Below, piece after piece: positions 39,011 to 52,277 of a stretch of DNA of 64,000 nucleotides. Source of the DNA: Blasia pusilla. Its lineage: Eukaryota. Positions within the stretch are counted from its first letter, which is position 1; every line of letters starts with the position of its first letter. The stretch lies in NCBI GenBank assembly GCA_050084515.1, contig CM114271.1:36394001-36458000 (forward strand). Reading direction: 5' to 3'. A model generated the notes under the pieces. It was not told where the DNA came from, did not search any database, and saw only the letters and a program-made list of their open reading frames with translations. The position numbers were made by a program, and so were the translations under genes.

Positions 39011-39435
39011 CGGGCGATCCGAGAGGAGGCGGACGGACGAGATTGCAAGGGCGAGCGACTGAGAGTGGGGGTGGGAGTGAAGGGCTTGGACGATTGGGTA
39101 GGGGGGAGGGTGGAGGGGGAAGGGTGTAGGGTGACGGCTCACGGCTCATGCCGTGAGCCGTCAGATGCACCATCTAACGGCCTCTTTTTCCTGGCCGTTA
39201 GATGGGAGAGTGATCAGCCAACGACCCTAGGATTCGAAGGCAGCGCATGCATGGGGGCGGGGCTCGGTTCAGGGCTAGGGTTGGGAATGTTAGGTTAGGG
39301 CCAGGCTCGGCCTATCGAACCTGGGTTTTTTTTAATGAATTTCCTTACAATTTTTTTTAAAATGTAAATTTCTCCTTTTTTACCTTTTTTCCCAATTTTT
39401 TCCCAATTTTTTACAATTTCTAATTTTTGAGAAAA

Positions 39436-39655
39436 TTAAAATAAATCTTCCCCCTTACTCTTCTTCCCTAAATTCTTTTCTTTCCCTAAATTTCATTTTA
39501 TAAATTTCATTTTCTCTTGGTTTTTCTTTCAATTTATAATTTTTATTAAAATAAATCTCCCCCCTTTCTCTTCTTCCCTAAATTCTTTTCTTTCCCTAAA
39601 TTTTATTTTATAAATTTCATATTCTTTTTTTTTCATTCAATTTATAATTTTTAAA
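39436..39655. repeat. AT-rich tandem duplication, ~110-bp unit x2
   Basis: ttaaaataaatct.ccccctt.ctcttcttccctaaattcttttctttccctaaattt repeated. Confidence 0.85.
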
Positions 39656-39799
39656 GAAAATCAAATTGGAAATGAAAAATTGCCCTTACTAATTTTCTTT
39701 CTCTTCTCTCCTCTTTTCTTTTCTTCTCTTTTCTTTTTATTCTTTCTTCTTTTGGTCATTTTATTTCAATTCTCAATACTTCCGTTGTGTGTCATGTAG

Positions 39800-42700
39800 A
39801 TGATGAGTGTTGGTGGATCGTCACTAAACAGGGAGAGACGGCCACTTGGTATTATTACAAATATGCCAATTTCGCAACAAAGTTCGGGAAGACATATTGA
39901 AGTATCGAAAAATACCTCCCCGATGTAAGAACCTTTGCTTAGGGTAGGGACTTAAGCACCTTATTTCCATTTCAACGATGATGCCTTACATACCATTTTC
40001 TCCACAATATATTTTTCTCATGCATTAAACCCAATTTTTGCATAGACTTCCTCTTCCATCAAATCCTACGGATTTGCGTGACTTCCGAAAATTGATACGT
40101 GCGAATGCACAACACAAAAGGCGTGTCCGTCGCAAGGAAATCTTAGCTCAACAAACACGTCTCGAAGATGAACTCCGACCTGAAACATCTCCAACGTAAG
40201 TTTACTACATCGACGTTCATTTAGCCTGTCCAATTTCCCACAAAATATTGACTTTTCATTTAATTTTGTAAGCTTTTAACATTCATGTGTTGTTCCAGAC
40301 TTCCAATCCCATTGAATCCTGTCAATATACGTGACTTTCGGAAGGTTCTACGTGGCGAAGCCCAAAAAAGAAAGCGTGCTATTCGGGCTGATAGAATGGA
40401 AGCTCTCAAAGAAAGAAAGAGGAATTACCATCGAGAGTATAGAAAAAGAAGGAAAGGGCTTAATGGTCAAGTTCAGCCAGAGAGTTTTCGTCGACCGCTC
40501 TTCCTATTCAAGTTCAAGATGAAGTTGTCGACAATTCGTCGACCACTCTTCCTATTCCTGTTCCAGATGAAGTTTTCAACAATTCGTTGACTTTTGCCCA
40601 ACTTGGGGATGAATCAAGGTCAAGAGTAGATGCCATATCTCCTAATGGAGTTTTGTTATCTCCACAACGTGCCACTGTACCAAACACTTCTATAATTTGT
40701 GCATCGTCTACCCTTGATAGAGTTGTAAGATTAAATACAACTCTCAATCTTGCAAGGAGGCCAAATTTTCAAGAAAGTGATATTCGAAAGTTGCGATTAC
40801 AAAGGAGTTTGAATCGCATCATGGTAAATCATACATTAGGTTCTATGATAGAGATATGTCCCTCATGCCGTGCTTTGCATTGGAAATATGAAGTGGTCAA
40901 AGGTACTAAGTTTGGTGACTCACCATATGGCATGTGTTGTGGCCATGGAAGAATATACTACCTCTCTTGAGATCATCTCCTCCATTTCTGGAATCCTTGA
41001 TTTCGGGTGTTGGTCCTAGAAGCGTTCATTTTCTTACACATGCTCGAGCTTATAATTTGGCACTTCAACTTGCATCTACCCGGGTACATGTAAACGAACA
41101 AATTGGTGGCACTGGACACTTTAGGGTCCAAGGCGGGATCTATCATTCCATTGGACCTTTATATCCTGATATTGGGGGACATCCTCAATTTGCTCAACTA
41201 TACATCCATGATACTGCAAATGAATTGGAAAATCGTGCTAGAGTTATGTCTACATCTTCTATTCTTAATATGGATAGTTTGAAAGGTCTCCAAGACATGT
41301 TATATGAATGCAATCCATATGTGAAGATCTTTCGTCATATGGCATATGAAGCAAGTGATCTTAATGTGCGGATTATCCTCAAGGCAAGTAAGAGAGGACT
41401 TGACTTGACTTGCAAGGCGTTATAACTTACCAATTGCATCTGAAGTTGCTGCTATTTTGCCGGGTGATGGAAGTGAACATGTTGAGCATCGTGATATAAT
41501 TGTACGACTACATGGAGGAGGAGTCAAACGTATATTCGACCTCAATGAAGCATATATTCCCTTACACTTTGTTTTGTTATTTATCTATGGTGAAGCAGGT
41601 TGGCATCCTGGAATACCCTTTGGGCGAATTGAAGGTTGTAGGGAATCTCGACAATTGGGCCACATTATTCATGGAGAGGAGGGACATCCTGAACGTGCAG
41701 ATGATTGCATGGATGAGGACATAGTTTATGGTGATATTGTTGAGGAAAGAAGAACAAAATGTGTTACGGCCTTGCAATTTGCATGTTTTCGACTTCAAAC
41801 TCGCGTTGGAGGAGAAGATGACAATCGCTTATTGCGGCTTCGTCGACTTACTCAAGAATATATGGTTGACCTCTATGCCACTGTGGAAATGCAACGATTA
41901 TCATGGGTGCGCTTAAATCAGAAGGAGTTGAGGGCTGAATTATATCAAGGTGTAAAGGATGCCATGCATCGACAAGATGCGGATAGCCGAAGGCTTGGGA
42001 AACAAATTATATTACCTTCTTCTTTTATTGGAGGGCCACGTCATATGCATCAATTGTATCAGAATGCAATGGCAATTGTACAACATTTTGGGAAGCCTGA
42101 CTACTTCTTAACCATGACATGCAATCCAAAGTGGGAGGAGATTACTTCAGCCCTATTACCGGGCCAATCAGCTGCAGACCGACCAGATTTGGTTGTGCGG
42201 GTTTTTGAGAAGAAAAAGAAGGAGTTGTTACGACTTATCATCAAGAAGCAGATATTAGGCCGAGTTGTAGGATGCATCCATGTGGTGGAATTCCAAAAAA
42301 GAGGATTACCGCATGTGCATGTCCTTATTATTTTAGGTCGTGAGGATAAACCACGTACCACAAGTGATTATGATCGTATTATTCCAGCTGAAATCCCTTA
42401 TCAATCTACCCATCCAAGGTTGTATTCTACCGTTGCTAATTGCATGGTTCACGGTCCATGTGGACCATTAAATCCAAATGCTCTGTGTATGGATAAGGAA
42501 ACAAGAAAATGTACAAAAGGCTATCCTAAAGCTTTTGCGGCCAACACTACCGAAACAGAAGATGGTTATCCGATATATCGTAGGTAAGGACCCTTTTATT
42601 TTTTAGGCATATTTATTCATGATTCCTTCTAATACATTCATTCATGATTCATTACGATTGTTATTGTATTTTTGTAGATTGGAGAATGGAAGGGCGATAA

Positions 42701-43364
42701 TTAAGAGCGAACATTCATTGGATAATTGTTGGGTTGTACCTTACAATCCGATGTTATGCACCCTATTTGATTGTCACATTAATTTGGAGATTACAAGTAG
42801 TGTTTCTGCTGTCAAGTACTTATACAAATATGTTTATAAAGGATCTGATGTCGTGTCATTTAAGTTGTTAAAGCATATGGATACATCCAATGTAATCAAA
42901 GTTATTGACGAGACAACGTCATATCTTGATGCGAGGTATGATTTTATGGATTGACTTCTCTGATGCATTATATTTTATTTCTCAACTTCATGTAATTATG
43001 GAAGAGTCCTTCTCATGTAATTTCTCACTCAAATACTTGGAATTCTCATTATTCCAGATATATATCTTCTTCGGAAGCATGTTGGCGTCTCTTTAAGTTT
43101 AGTCTACATGTTGAACTTCCAAGTATCGTACGACTAGCAATCCATCTTCCAGAACAACAATTAGTCTACTTCAATGATGTTGACGCTCCTAGAGATATTT
43201 TGCAACTGAAAAGAGAGACAACATTGACCCAATGGTTTGCGACCAATCTATCTGACTCTAGTGCTCGAAAATATCTATACATAGATTTTCCTTTTTATTA
43301 TCGTTGGAGTAACAAGAGATGGATTCGTAGGGTACAAAAACAAAATGGTTGTGGCCATCCCATT
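39800..43364 (+). pseudogene. Helitron RepHel gene, 5' half (Zn-finger, Helitron-like N, HUH Rep domain), intron-containing, frameshifted
   Basis: CPSCRALHW..CCGHG; PQFAQLYIHD; ILPSSFIGGPRHM; FLTMTCNPKW; VEFQKRGLPHVHVL (HUH); YLYKYVYKG (Y2). Cut at ...CGHPI by the Gypsy insertion. Confidence 0.93.
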
Positions 43365-43942
43365 TGTCGTGCGAATCCCCATCGTCATACAACATACATC
43401 GCTGACATACCATACTCACATACATACATAACATAGACGAGAGTATCCACAAACGCAAGTGTACCACAATTGAAACCGTGAAAGACCATGTCATAAAACA
43501 CGTTTACAATCACATACAATCGAGCCAAACCCACTCCACGATGGGAGAATCTAGGTCTAAGCTTATGGAAACACCATAGCCAAGAGCTCTACTCACTACC
43601 AAGGCTAACTCCCAACGCAATGAGGCTCAACTCAAAGAAGTGATCGTTCTTTGAGGGCAAGCCACCTTATATCCTCCAACCTAAGAGCGGGCCCCACTGG
43701 GAAAGTCACCCCAAGTGAGTAACCCACAACCCTATGTATGGAACCGCATCTCTACCAAGCCACTACGGTCCTACATAAGTAATGGCCTCTACCAAAGACT
43801 ATATACTCTACGACATAATCCGTATGGTCATGACAAATTTGTCGGCGAATCCCCATCGTCATACAACATACATCACGACATACCATACTCACATACATAC
43901 ATAACATAGACGCAGAGTATCCACAAACGCAAGTGTACCACA
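43365..43942 (-). repeat. 3' terminal repeat block: A (43942-43840), AATT, B (43835-43471), AT, A (43468-43365)
   Basis: The two A copies (~103 bp) are near-identical; B (~365 bp) matches 52278-52643. PPT AGAAGGGGGCGAGT (43956-43943) abuts the first A. Confidence 0.92.
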
Positions 43943-44120
43943 ACTCGCCCCCTTCTGGCGGTTAGGTCCTCTAACTCCCAAGTAGCCCTATACATCTACT
44001 ACATGCTATACACCTTCTTGGGTGCCCGAATCAGAAGGCCGGGTGCTAGGTTGCCCCATCGTTAGTCGCACATCCGTAATCCATATCATGCAAAGATCAA
44101 GTCATCTACCTCTCCTAAGT

Positions 44121-44257
44121 ACATCGAGGACAAACCCACCTTCCAAAAGAGGAACAACATCCAAACGTGAGTCAAACACATCATGTGCCAACCCCTAGAA
44201 CACCGATCACACACCAACATACGGGTGCGTTACAAGAGACCCACACAACATGCACCT
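44121..44257 (-). pseudogene. PHD finger at the C-terminus of pol (frameshifted)
   Basis: Reconstructed RCMLCG...MLVCDRCSRGWHMMCLT..LDVVP..GRWVCPRC (C4HC3 spacing). Confidence 0.8.
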
Positions 44258-44449
44258 CAAGCTAGCACATATCATGGCTAAGCTTGGGTCAATGAACCAT
44301 CCACATTTGGAAGATGACATGGCGCACAATTACGCACATGGTCCTTCCAAACAACTCCATCACGACCCTCCAACATGAGAACTCCGAAGCTAACACCTCA
44401 CGCACTCGTAAAATAGTGCGGCCTGCCGTCACATCCAACGTTGTCGGGC

Positions 44450-45420
44450 ACCGCTGCAAATAGACATAGTCCCCACATGGAACCTACGAATCGATGGTCG
44501 ATAACCTCCACTTCGAATGGTTGCATACCGCAACCTATCCCTCGTGTTGAGCAATGGCAAGATTCTCAAAGGTCGTTGGTATAACTCTCCGAAAGAGCTC
44601 CGCCCGCGAGAACACACTCTCATCCATATCTCTCGGGTCATCAAGGTCCACCACCTCACTAGACTCGACTAATTGCTCTTTGGCAAGTCCGGATCTCGGC
44701 CGATAACAGTAAAATAAGGTGAGAAGGAAGCCAAGGATGCTTGGCGATCGAACCTATACCCCATGGCTAACCATGGCAACCGAATATCCGGTCTCCAAGA
44801 TGCCCTTCAGAGGCCATACTTGCGCAATGCCCTCTTCACCGCCTGAACCACACGCTCAACCAAACCATCCGCCTCTGGATGATCTCGAGACGTGGTCCGA
44901 TGATCAATCAACGCCTTGTCACACAAGACCTGAAACTCACCCAAACTCAGACTCGGTCGGTCAAGACTTCAATTTGGTGCACCAAAATGACTAAGCACTC
45001 TATCCAGAACGCATACGCCGTTCCTCACTTGCATTGTCCGTAATGCCACCAACTCAATCCACTTGGAGAAGTGCTCCACCATCACCAACACATATCGATG
45101 ATGTCGCATAGTCAATGGTAACGGTCCCCAAAGTCCACACTCCAACGGTAACCCAACCCCATAATAGGCAAGGGGTGTAATTGTGGTATAGGGGCATTAA
45201 ATGATGCCTCACCAGTCACAAACCATACAACGTGACACCAATCGCTGCACCGAGTATGCATGCCACGCCACCAATATCGCCAAGGAGTAAGCTATACGCA
45301 CGCTTTACCCCAAAATGTCCCAACTCCTCATGGGCTTGTCGCACAATGCGCTCTCTCGAGCCAAATGTGGCACTACTCGTACTCTACCATCCTCCCACAT
45401 ACGGAGAATATGTGTTCCCT
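44450..45420 (-). pseudogene. Retroviral-type integrase (frameshifted)
   Basis: Fragments HEELGHFGVKR.YSL, WSVDF.GPLPL..HRYVLVMVEHFSKWIELVAL, DH.TTSRDHPEADG, AQHEDRLRYA. Confidence 0.85.
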
Positions 45421-45699
45421 CCAATCGATACCTCTTAGCACGTTGAAGAACACGGTCTCGCTCCTTGGCACTCACTATGCCTGGCACCCTACTGGTCCGT
45501 AGGAACTCCAACACCAACGCATCATCATGAATATCACGCTGATCCGCACCACCATCTCCAACCTTAGATCAAGGGTCGACCATCTACCCTCGACTAGAGT
45601 AAGATATCATGTGGTCCTCCATACTAGAGTCCACCTAACCAACATAAAAGGCGGATGCATGCCAACCTGGCACCATCTCCTCATCAACCTCGCCATGCC

Positions 45700-46960
45700 A
45701 TCTAGCCCCAGCTTGTATCCTCTTGGCTAGTACATGGGTTCCTACTCAACCCATCAAGATCAAGGTTGGCAACCAGGTCTATGTACCACTTGGAAGTCAT
45801 ACTCTTGTAAGATAAGAGCCCACCGTGCAAGCTTCCCCTGTAAGCTTGTCCGACTCCATCAACCACTTGAGCGGTGGTGATCAAGAATAAGGGTAAATCG
45901 TGTGCCAAACAAGTAACACCTAAAGTGTGCTCTGACCCACACTCTCGCCAAGCACTCTCCCTCATATGAACTATAGCGCGACTCCGTTGCATTATTCGAA
46001 CGACTTGCATAGGCCACCACAAACTCCATGTGCTCATCATCATGTTGTGTCAACACCGCTCCAAGTCCCAACCTACTCCAATCAATGTGTAACTGAAATG
46101 GGCGCCCTCTGATAGGTCTCCTCAAGATAGGCGCCGCCACCAATTGGGCCTTAAGCTCCCCAAAAGCTCTCTCCTGATCATCTCCCCAATGCCACTCTTG
46201 ATCTGATTTCAGCAATTGGTTCAAAGGCTTTGCCATAGCACTAAATCCCTTCACATACCTCCGATAGTAGTTCGCCAATCCCATGAATGCTCGAACTCTA
46301 CTCACATCTACCGGACGCGGAATAAGTGCAATAGCGTCCACCTTTGCTTGCTGAACTCCCAAACCACCTGGATAGATCACATGACCCAAGTACTCAACAT
46401 CCTCATGGAAGAACTTACACTTTCCTGGATGCAAACGTAGACCATGAGCTTTCAACCGCTCAAACACCATCTGCAAATGTATCCGATGCTCCTCCACCGT
46501 GTTATCGAACACCAAGATATCATCAATGTAACACCGAACAAAATCCAACCTTGCTAGGATCCCGCCCATCACTCTTTGAAACTCGGCAGGTGCATTCTTC
46601 AACCCAAAGGGTAAGAATTCCCATTGGTACAAACAATCCTTGCCATGAGAGTTGACACCCCAAAATGTTGTCTTGGCCTTGTCACTCTCCCGAATTGGCA
46701 ATTGATGGTATCCTGCCCGAAGATCCAAAATCTGAAAATCTTTGCCTGTCCCACCACATCAAAGATCTCTCAGTGTAGGCATGGCATACCTATCGGCCTT
46801 AGTTTGCCGATTGATAGGACGGTAATCTCCACACATCCGCCTATCCGTAGTTGCCATGCATATCCTTTTTAGCAGCATGACAAAGGGCGATGCATACTCT
46901 CCATGCGACAACTCCACTAATCCGGCCTCCAAAAGGTCCAACGCCCTACTCAATCAGGTC
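45700..46960 (-). pseudogene. Reverse transcriptase + RNase H (Ty3/Gypsy type)
   Basis: RRMCGDYRPIN, DLRAGYHQL, LPFGLKNAPAEFQR, CYIDDIL, YLGHVI, FQLHIDWS..GLGAVL, YASR..ESRYSSYEGE. Confidence 0.95.
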
Positions 46961-47449
46961 CCTCTCCATATCACTATATTGGTAGGGACGACGGAAGTTT
47001 GGCGTATCACTAGCCAAATCAATCCGTGATATCTGTGGTCCAACCAAAGAACCCAACTCCTTCATGCTAAAGGCAAAACAACTCCTATAAGCACGTAGGA
47101 ACGTGTCAGCGCCGTTTCTCACCTCCCGTAAGCTTGGGCCCAAGTAATGGCTCCCAAGTCTCCTCCACTTTGGCATACTAGAGGGAGAGGACGATGCCAT
47201 TGGCTACACGCAACCCCTCACAAGATGATACACCCTTAGCTACACCATCATCCGAGCAAATAACTCCTCCACCAAAGATGAGCAACCAACTCCACATGCC
47301 CAACCATTACATCCCATTTACTCCAAGGATGCAAAATACTACTCTCTCGCCCCACCGATGCCTCTATCGCCCCGGTAGCCATCGAGCTCATTACAAGGGG
47401 TGGAAGACCTGACATAGTCCGAAGTCGACGTATTTGCTCGGCCATACCA

Positions 47450-48410
47450 AGACTCAAAATCCAAGTCAAACAATTCAGGTCCATGGCCTGACCCAACACA
47501 TGACGTCGTGAAGACTCAGAAATAGAAGCAACCGTTGTCACGCCAGTAGTAAATCCCATCGCACGCTCTCTCTCATCATCAGCGTTAGGCTCCACCAACG
47601 CCGCACATGAGAATCCCATACAAGCCCGGACCACCTTCCCGTAGGCATGACGCGGGAAAACTCACAAATGTGGGTAGTGCCATCCTAGGCTGGCCCACAC
47701 GGTTCACCACTGCCATGGGTGACCGATCAATAACCCTCACCACTTGAGAAAGTCGCCCAGTATCCAAGATACTATCCACTGTAAGGCGAGGATCCCGTTA
47801 ATCGCATCATATGCTCGACGAGAACCTCCCTAGGCAACAAGTTTGTCCACCACAAGCGTGGGCGATGTGCACGCTGAGCCAACTTCGCTGCAGATCCAAC
47901 AACACCTGGTCCAATCCAAGACCGCACCTCATGAACACTCGCCATCATCCGGGTCCGAGTCTCACCTAACAATGGAACATTCTCGAATGTAAGCTAGAGC
48001 ACGTGCTTGATGAGCTCAAGATGTCGTAACACCCGTAACATCTCCCAAAACAATCGAGACCTAGGGTCATGTAATCCCTCACCATGACCAAAGACGTGTA
48101 TGACCGACATGGCCATCCAAAGCAATCACCAAATCCACAGGACCAACCCTCTCAAGGTCCTGCGCTCAACAATGCAATGTGTGATGGTAAAGCACGCTGG
48201 TACCCACAAATAGCCGATGGCGGCAACAACTCAGATATCTCCGCATCAATCGACCAATATGTCGGGATGAGACTCTCGGGCCGTCTCATCTTGCTCCACA
48301 TACACGTATCTCCAAGACAGAATACCGCCCGCACATCTTGCCGCCAAACCGGTGCTAATCCCACCAAAGAGATCTAACACACAAATGCCCTCCGGCGGAT
48401 AACGCCATAC
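47450..48410 (-). pseudogene. DNMT3-like C5 cytosine methyltransferase domain inside pol (frameshifted)
   Basis: Motif I VLDLFGGI; IV DLVIA.GWPC (48107-48118); GL.DPRSRLFWEMLRVL; VI ENV (47976-47984); VIII AHRPRLWWTNLLP; IX/X ERERAMGFTTGVT...RRHVLGQAMDL. Confidence 0.88.
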
Positions 48411-48849
48411 AATGGGTGTAGTATCCAAAGGGGATAACCTAATCGGGCTGTAGTAGGAGTCCGTGGGGCCTCCTCTTCCTTGTGAGGTATAAGACCTCAC
48501 ACCAAGCCTCTGCACTAGGCGATCAGCCTCCTACCGTAGTGTACCGCTTTGAACTCCAAAGTGGCACATCCAACGATGAGGATGCCACCGCTGCAAAAAT
48601 AGGGACCTCTCTCTACCTCCTCATGCAGGAGAATCCAGCGTAAACATTACCTTCCAAAAAGTCTCCGGCCAAGTGACTACTCCACTAAAACCAACCACAG
48701 ATGCTAACACCTTTGTTGGGGAAGACCCTCCGGTCGAGCCCCGAAATAAATCTCACAGAACTTGGCTCATACGTCCATCCTCGGATCGCCAACCTGGTCT
48801 ATAAGACGTTGTCTCACCCAAGAATCCATCTGAAAACCCATCGGGTACA

Positions 48850-51300
48850 CATCGCTCCTCCAACTAGTACATCATACGACTCGGCCGATGTGACTATCGA
48901 GATACTCCCAACCGGAGCTATCGATCGCATGATCTGGTCTCAAATGCATAAAAAACTCTCTCGTGTCATGAATTGAGACCTATCATTGGCTCCTCCAAGT
49001 GATGTTTGAATCTGGAATGGGCAAGGCTCAAGCTCGACCTCCGAATACCCAAACCAATACATGCCGCTTTCCCAACATCAAAGGTCGGGCACTGAGTCTA
49101 ACAAGACTCTATCTGGTCTATACACTGTCTGTAGGACTCACCAATCGGAAGATCCCACTCCGGTTGTCCAACATACATACACCAGGTGTAAGCCTCTCAC
49201 GATCAATGGCTGGCCGGGTGGTAATGCATCCATCTTCGCCGCGCCGCCGCCAAGTAGCACCGGTACTCAATGCTACTCCCGACATAGAAGGTCGCTCCAC
49301 CGCAACATCCTCATCCACCTCAACACGTGCAAGAAACACCCCACGTTCACACAATGTGGTCGCTAGCTGAAATACAGAGCTAAGTCAACTCCTAGAGCCA
49401 TCGCCCGTGGGTTAAAACAATGGGGATCCCAACACCGGTTGCCATCCGCACATCGCACTTTCGATCTTCGCATCCATGTCTACTACACGCGATGTAGATG
49501 CCTCAGTCCCCACTGTCGGCTCAATAGGCTGCGTAGGAACCATGGATGGAGTCCTAAGCACCTCAGACAACAAGAATGACTGGGGAAGCCTAGCCTGCCT
49601 CCCAGCCTCACCCCTCTGTGGGTCCAACTCCACAAGAGCACCACGTGGCTCGACGCTTTCGAGTGGCTCCTCTCGAATCGCAGGTGATGCCTCAATGTGT
49701 GTGCCGACTCGCCATATAAGAGAGATCATCCCTCCATAAGAGGTGGAAGCCCTCGCTCCCAAACCGATCGATCTATGCCGCATACCACCCATAGTAGCCA
49801 ACTCTCGCTCCAATCTGCTCAATCCTGGCAGCCATAGCTGACTCTGTCGTAGTGGTAGGGGTAGCCACCGTAGGCTCTCCAACCACTGGTCCACCTCTAC
49901 CACCCCTACCACCTCTACCACCTCGGCCTCTCGGAGCTACTCCACCACGGCCACGGCCTGATCTCAACTCTGGATGAAGATCAAAGCAACGCTCTCAAGG
50001 ATGACCTAGTCTCCCGCAATGATCACACTGAGTTGGGGCCGACTGAGGCCCATCCTCCAAAGTCCGTCTCCCATCCTCTTGGGGACAAAACTTCCTAACA
50101 TGATCACCTCCACATGTCCAACATGATCGCCCTTTGCTGGGGCAGCAAATGAAGGCAATGGTCTCTGCACAAATGTCCCTCTAGGACTTGACTGAGGTCG
50201 CGTGTACCCCCCACGACTCCCACTACTACTACCACCACCACTACTACAAGACTGTGAGGTGGGCGGCTGAACACGAGAAGTAGTAGTTGTATCCCTACTG
50301 AATGCGGATGTCACCACTCTCTCCTTCACCATGTTAAGCTCAATCTTCTCAGATAGAGCAAACACATGGGTCAATGTGGGTGAATCATCACTCATAAGAG
50401 TAGCATCACGTACCCTACGGCGCAAATCTCTGTCCAAGATCCCATACCAAAACTGGATTGCCTGATCCTCAATCACACCCTGGGTAATTGAAATCAAGCA
50501 TCGCATATGCGTGTATGCCTCACGAAGACTCTCACCAGTCTTTCGCTCAAAGTCCTGAAGATTCCTCAACTTCTCCGTCTTCACTCCTTGATAGTTCTTC
50601 TTCAACCTCTTGAAGAACTCTGCAACCGGGCTAAACGATGGTGGGGCACTAGTACCTCCACTAGTACCCCACTAGTACCTCCACTGGTACCCCCACTCCG
50701 ACTCGCACTGCACCACTCGGCGTCGGGCCGGGCCGGGCATAGTAGGAGCACTACTACCAATACCACCATGGGTGATAGACACATAGCCGGAGACCAATAT
50801 TGTCTCCATGCCTCAATCTCAGCAACATGGTCCTTCCTAAACTCATGGTAATCATCCATGGGTGGTCCTTCCAAGTTTGAAACAACCCCTTCCAAGCCAA
50901 GAAGGGTGTAAACAACGCATGCTCCGCAACATCCGCATATCACACCACGTATCAAACTCCTGCATGAAGTCCTCCAACTCAATGGTACCCACTTTGCACC
51001 GAGTATCGTCGTGGGCCCTTCATGGCCCCATATCCACCGTCCATGTCCCAAATCAATGGAGCGCAACACTCGATAACAACGTAGAAGACTCGGTGTTTGG
51101 AACACCTCGCCCTCCTCCTCTTCATCAACCGTCGGAAGTGGAAAAAGTAGCCGATACCTAAATCCACTCTGTGTGAAACCACCATCGTCCGCACCACGGT
51201 CCCCAACCAGACCACCCGACAAACTCGTGATGACCAACGCCGATGCCGCATCACCACCAAATTACCCAAGTGACGTCGATGTCGCTCTACTATTGTAGCT
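48850..51300 (-). pseudogene. gag (with zinc-knuckle remnants) and aspartic protease
   Basis: LEGPPMDDYHEF, ERKTGESLREAY, RG-rich tract, RVLLDS.ARPLMLGK (protease active site, ~49070-49110), YDVLVG. Confidence 0.8.
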
Positions 51301-52277
51301 CTACTAGCTATGGGTGTAGGCAACCTAACCTCTCATCACCACAAGAAGACTCCCACGGTCTACTGGTCATCACTCCAGCCTCACTATCAGTAGCACACAG
51401 GAGTAACACTACTATGGAAATCAACGTCAACCCTAACAATGGGCGCGCAAGCAAGAAGCACAATGGAGGGGATCCAAACACAGGAAATCCAACGACAACC
51501 CTCCAATCGCAAATGGAAATCAAGGTTACACAATCCACCAAACGTGGTGCCCTCTGAATCCACAAAACCCACCACACAATTCTAACGCAATAGCTACTCC
51601 GCCGCGGGTCGATGACGTGCTAGTCAAACTCGCACCATCTGAAAATATCACCTGCATGGAGAGGCTACACCGTACTATGCGCTAGAGGTACATCAACCAA
51701 AAACCTGAGATGCATAAAGTGCCTAACACCTCTCCGAACAGCACCAAATGAGCTACAATAGTCTGTACACTGGCATAGTTAAGAACTCAGCAGTTAAGCG
51801 TCCTCCAAACAGAATAGCCCAAAGATGGGTGACCAGTTATGCAAAACTCAAATCGTGCAAAAATTGCCTCACGCCCAAGCAAGCAAGCTTGCTTGCTTGC
51901 TCCTTGCTCCTTGCTCCTTACTCCGCCTCTCACGCCCACTCGCCCCGAGCTACCACGAGTTGCCTCGAAGCCTCGAAGCCTCGAAGCCTCAAAACCTCAA
52001 AACACCGAGACATGCCCCTATCGCCCCGTTCGCCACGCTTCGCCATGCTTCGCTATGGAGAGAGGTCCAACCAGGGCGCCCCCAACGGGATAGGCGTCTC
52101 CAACAATGAACAGGTCACCAACCAACCAGCCCCTCCGATCCGCTGTCCACCATAGCCAAACCTTGAGCTAGTCCGCGAAACTGGTGCGAACATCCACAGC
52201 TGAGTACACAATCAGCCCTAACCAGATCCTACTGATCTACAATCGAAGCTACCATCGATCTACTCCAGTTCTTTGAG

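Noticed and set aside
47450-48410. Bacterial restriction-modification methylase or contamination
   Set aside because: Embedded in pol, present in two families, with a DNMT3-type C-terminus.
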